From the human T2T-CHM13v2.0 reference genome, Homo sapiens: a stretch of 64,000 nt of DNA. Within the stretch, counting starts at the first letter, position 1; every line of letters begins with the position of its first letter. The position numbers and the translations under genes were made by a program. The notes under the pieces are model-generated. The model was not told the origin of the DNA. It worked only from the letters and a program-made list of their open reading frames with translations, and did no database searches. Location of the stretch: assembly GCF_009914755.1 (NCBI RefSeq), contig NC_060928.1; one strand, written 5' to 3'. Shown piece by piece: positions 60,601 to 64,000 of this stretch.

Positions 60601-62863
60601 GCATTCCCATAAACAACAGTTCTTATGCAAATTCATTTCAGAGAGGGTGTAGGTAACCTTTGAGTCAGGATTGAGATGGAGTTTTTTGATTCTGTAAGTA
60701 CTTTAAGGCTTGGCTGAGTGCAAAGGGCTCATACGTTTGAGCAGACCAATTATTAGGCAATTTTTCTAACTCTGCTTCTACAAGAGTTTCCCTATCAATT
60801 ACTGAATACCCATTGTGGTTTTTTTTCTCCATCACCTGGGAGGAACCATCTATTGTCCTGTTCTGAAGGGAGTTCCTCCTAGGTCTGGTGGGACCTTCGT
60901 ATGGTAATTAAGATTTAAATCCCTTTTTAGGAAATCTGCTGGGTTAAGGGAAATTTCAGTGGTTAATGTTAAATCATCTTTTTCTAACAGAATAGTCCTA
61001 CACTTTAAGATTTTTGAGTTAGTAAGCTACCTTTTGGCTTTGTTTTTTTTTTTTTTTTTTTGACTTAGGATAGTTCTGAACTGGTGAGGTGTGTTCACAA
61101 TGAGGTTTTCTCTAAAAGTTATTTTTCTACTTTCTTCTGTTAGCAAAACAGTTGCCACTACAGATTGAATGCATTTGGGCCATCCGCAGGTTACTGGGTT
61201 AAAGATTTTTGATAGGAAGGCTACGAGTTGTTAGTGGTCTCAGTGTTTTCAGGCTACGCCCTTGTTTACACTGACAACAAGGTAGTATCGAGTGTTATAG
61301 GGTCACAGAGAAGACCTTCAATTATCAATTATAGGTTTTAAATTTACTCTGGCTTTTAAAGGAATAGGGCACACTGTTTTTTCTTTACTACTTCTGTCTT
61401 TCTCTTTCTTTCTCTCTCTGCCTCTCTTACCCACCACCCCCACCTCTCTGTCTCTCTCTGTCTCTCTCCTCTCTGTCTCTGTAGGTGGATTTTGGAAACA
61501 CAGTGGAGGGTCGTTCACTTGTTGCCCCCATTTGCCGCTATAGGAATATGTGCCTCCCTTTAATTTACTCAATTCATTTTCATCTTGATATATTATGTTG
61601 TAGACCCAGTTCCAGTTGTTAAAGTACTGGGTTATCAGTTCTAAGGCCCTGGCAAGGGTGGTGGGGAACGGGTCCCACATAACTGCCCATGTCGAGAGCT
61701 GCATGCCTAAATTGGGAGGAACACCAGGGATAAAACTCCCTGGATTCATAGCCTAGGTGCCCAAGGACACAGCGTAGAGCTTCCTTAGATCCCTTTAGAG
61801 ATACAACTTGCTCTAATACTTGGGAGAGGAAGTGAAAGTCTGAAGCATTAGTATCTAGGAGGCAGGGATCAGAGGAAGTAGATTCAGAAGTAAGAAGAAT
61901 TTTGGGGCTACACTTTCAAGAAAGTTGTGGTTGGGACCCAGGAGGTATGGGTCAGAAGGAGAGGTAGGGGCACACGCATGGGCGACTGTTGAGTAGAGAC
62001 TTCTGGCTGCACCATAATCTCGACCATCCAATGCTGGGGGTTTGGGACAACAGCTTTCTGCCTCTAGTCAACCCTCAGCTTCCCCAGGAAAATTGTGAAA
62101 GCAAAAGCTGGTTCTAGGTAGACCAATGCTCCCAACCCAGAAGGGTTGGGGCTTGTTAGAAAGCCTTTTCCCAGGAAGCCTCACACCTGAGTCTTAAGTC
62201 CAGTGGCCATGCTAATTGTTTTTAACTGGCTGACAGGTGCCTGGTATTTTCCTCCAATTCTAAGGAAGGATAGGACAGAATGGCGAGCAAATTATTACTC
62301 ACCGCTTTGAAGAATCCCCGTACGGGCCACCGAATATTACGGGTGGATCTTTGTTCATAGAACTCCCAAGATGGTGGTGGGCCACTCCCAAGATGGTGGT
62401 GAGCCACTCCCAAGATGGCAGCAAACCTTTTGTTCTCTGACCTGGGGTTCTTGGCCTCATGGATTCCAAGGAATGGAACCTTGGGCCATGCGGTGAGTGT
62501 TATAACTCTATTAGAAGCCGTGGGTCACGGAAGAGAACCGTGGAACCCAGCGACTAGTGTTCAGCTCTATTAGGACGAACCTGGGCACTTAGCTGCGCAG
62601 GAACAATGGCGAGACTTTAGCCTGATTGGGAGTGGCAATGGATGCCTCACTGGATCAGGGGCACAGCGGACACCCTGCTGGATCTGGAGTGGTGGAAGTC
62701 AACAGCGGGTCTGTGATGGCAGCAAACAGTGGTGGACGGCAAGTGAAAGCTCAGCTCGAGCCATAACAAATACGAACCAGAAGAGTGTGCAGTTGCAAGA
62801 TTTAATAGAGTGAAAACAGAGCTCCCATACAATGGGAGGGGACCCAAAGGGGGTTGTCCCCCC
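57624..62863 (-). mobile_element. HERV-W (HERV17/LTR17) processed pseudogene: R-U5-leader-gag-(deleted pro/pol)-(env tail)-U3-R-polyA
   Basis: 5' LTR lacks U3 (62335-62863); 3' LTR lacks U5 (57640-57985); (AAT)n tail; 18-bp TSD AAAAATGAAGATTTATTA; gag remnants 59256-60201; RNase H/IN 58223-58762; AG-rich leader at about 61380-61480. Confidence 0.93.
62315..62332 (-). promoter_or_regulatory. Primer-binding site complementary to tRNA-Ile(AAU)
   Basis: CGGTGGCCCGTACGGGGA, 2 nt after the LTR end; followed by the major splice donor GCG|GTGAGT at 62302. Confidence 0.8.
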
Positions 62864-62881
62864 AAAAATGAAGATTTATTA

Positions 62882-63270
62882 TCTCACACAACCAAAAGTC
62901 TAGAGGATGTTGATAAATTCTCCTTTTCAGTGATGCCAGGGCCCTAGATTGCTTCTCTGCCATTTTCTTGTCTTTCCCATCATGGTTGCAAGACAGCTGC
63001 TGCAACTCTGGCCTGTCATGTTTTTACATGACAGCATCCAAGGGCAGGAAGGGAAGAGTCTTCTTTTCACCCTTCCCTACTCCTTCCCCTGCTTTTTTTT
63101 AATAAAGAGGGAAATGGCTCCCAAAAGTCCTCCAGCAGACTTCCTTTTATGTCTCATTCACCAGAACTGAGTCACATGTTCATTCCAAATCAGTCACTAC
63201 CAATGGGAATAGAATTAGACTAATCATGGATCATCTCCTGGAGCACTGGGAGAGTCCCATCTTCCCTGAG
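62882..63270. mobile_element. Old MLT1-type LTR that hosts the HERV-W insertion (left part at about 57550-57605)
   Basis: Rejoined sequence ..ggcttaaaaaatgaagatttattatctcacacaaccaaaagtctagagg.. and tctcattcaccagaactgagtcacatg. Confidence 0.55.
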
Positions 63271-63509
63271 CTCATTATTGCCTGTTTCTTGAACAGAATT
63301 GGGGTTCTCTTTCTAAGGGAGAAATGAGGAATGGCTGATGAATAGGCAATCAGTGTAGGGAGCCTCCTTTTGGGGGAGTTCTCACCTATTTATAATGTAA
63401 CTTAAAAGACTTCCAGCTTTGAGCAGAGCTTAGAGCAGAAGAAGTCTCTTTAGCTGGCCTAAATTGTCACAAGAACAACTCTGATGCCTTCCTTTTATGG
63501 AATAAATGG

Positions 63510-63833
63510 TTTTCTTTTCTTTTCTTTTTTCTTTTTTTTTTTTTTTTGCAACGAAGTTTTGCTCTTGTTGCCCAAGCTGGAGTGCAATGGCACTACCTCA
63601 GCTCAGCTCACCACAACCTCTGCCTCCCGGGTTCAAGCGATTCTCCTGCCTCAGCCTCCCGAGTAGCTGAGATTATAGGCATGCGCCACCATGCCTGGCT
63701 AATTTTGTATTTTTAGTAGAGACGAGGTTTCTCCATGTTGGTTAGGCTGGTCTTGAACTCCTGACCTCAGGTGATCTGCCTGCCTCGGTCTCCCAAATTG
63801 CTGGGGTTACAGGTGTGAGCCACCGTGCCCGGC
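63510..63833 (-). mobile_element. AluSp-like
   Basis: gctcttgttgccc, gtttctccatgttgg; TSD GGAAT(A/G)AATGGTTTT. Confidence 0.9.
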
Positions 63834-64000
63834 GGGAATGAATGGTTTTTAAGTGTCTGTGGCAGGTGTTGAATGTAACCTGTGGGAAGGTCCAATAATA
63901 GAAGCATGATGGAGAACCTCGAGTTTTAGAGCAAAGTAATGCTTGTTTCAGTCCTGTTGTGATTAAATGCCTGGCTATGAGACACACTAGGTGATTGTGC

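Noticed and set aside
62315-62332. tRNA-Ile gene
   Set aside because: Only the 18-19 nt 3' end including the CCA position matches; it is a retroviral primer-binding site with no cloverleaf
62363-62420. Three CTCCCAAGATGG repeats at 22-nt spacing
   Set aside because: They lie within the HERV-W LTR U5 region, where I recall such repeats being normal; not a separate array

Overview
This is human (primate) genomic DNA; I recognise the locus as 4q23 from its genes. It holds the last three coding exons and 3' UTR of METAP1 (+ strand) and the complete nine-exon ADH5/GSNOR gene (- strand; my exon calls sum to 1125 nt = 374 aa + stop). ADH5 has a CpG-island promoter with a 5' uORF and probably a divergent lncRNA. 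The upstream 22 kb is almost all transposon: a full-length but dead L1PA, an LTR10 solo LTR, a young AluYb8-type element and an L1-mobilised HERV-W processed pseudogene. I see no new protein-coding system; nearly all other ORFs in the track are repeat-derived or exon run-ons. The best leads are regulatory or evolutionary: a MER41B LTR with two intact GAS motifs in ADH5 intron 2, a p53-type element in an LTR10 about 3.4 kb upstream, a HERV-W copy with a tRNA-Ile rather than tRNA-Trp primer-binding site, a possible L1 3' transduction, and two oddly built Alu insertions. Repeat subfamily names come from my recall of consensus sequences, not from a search.
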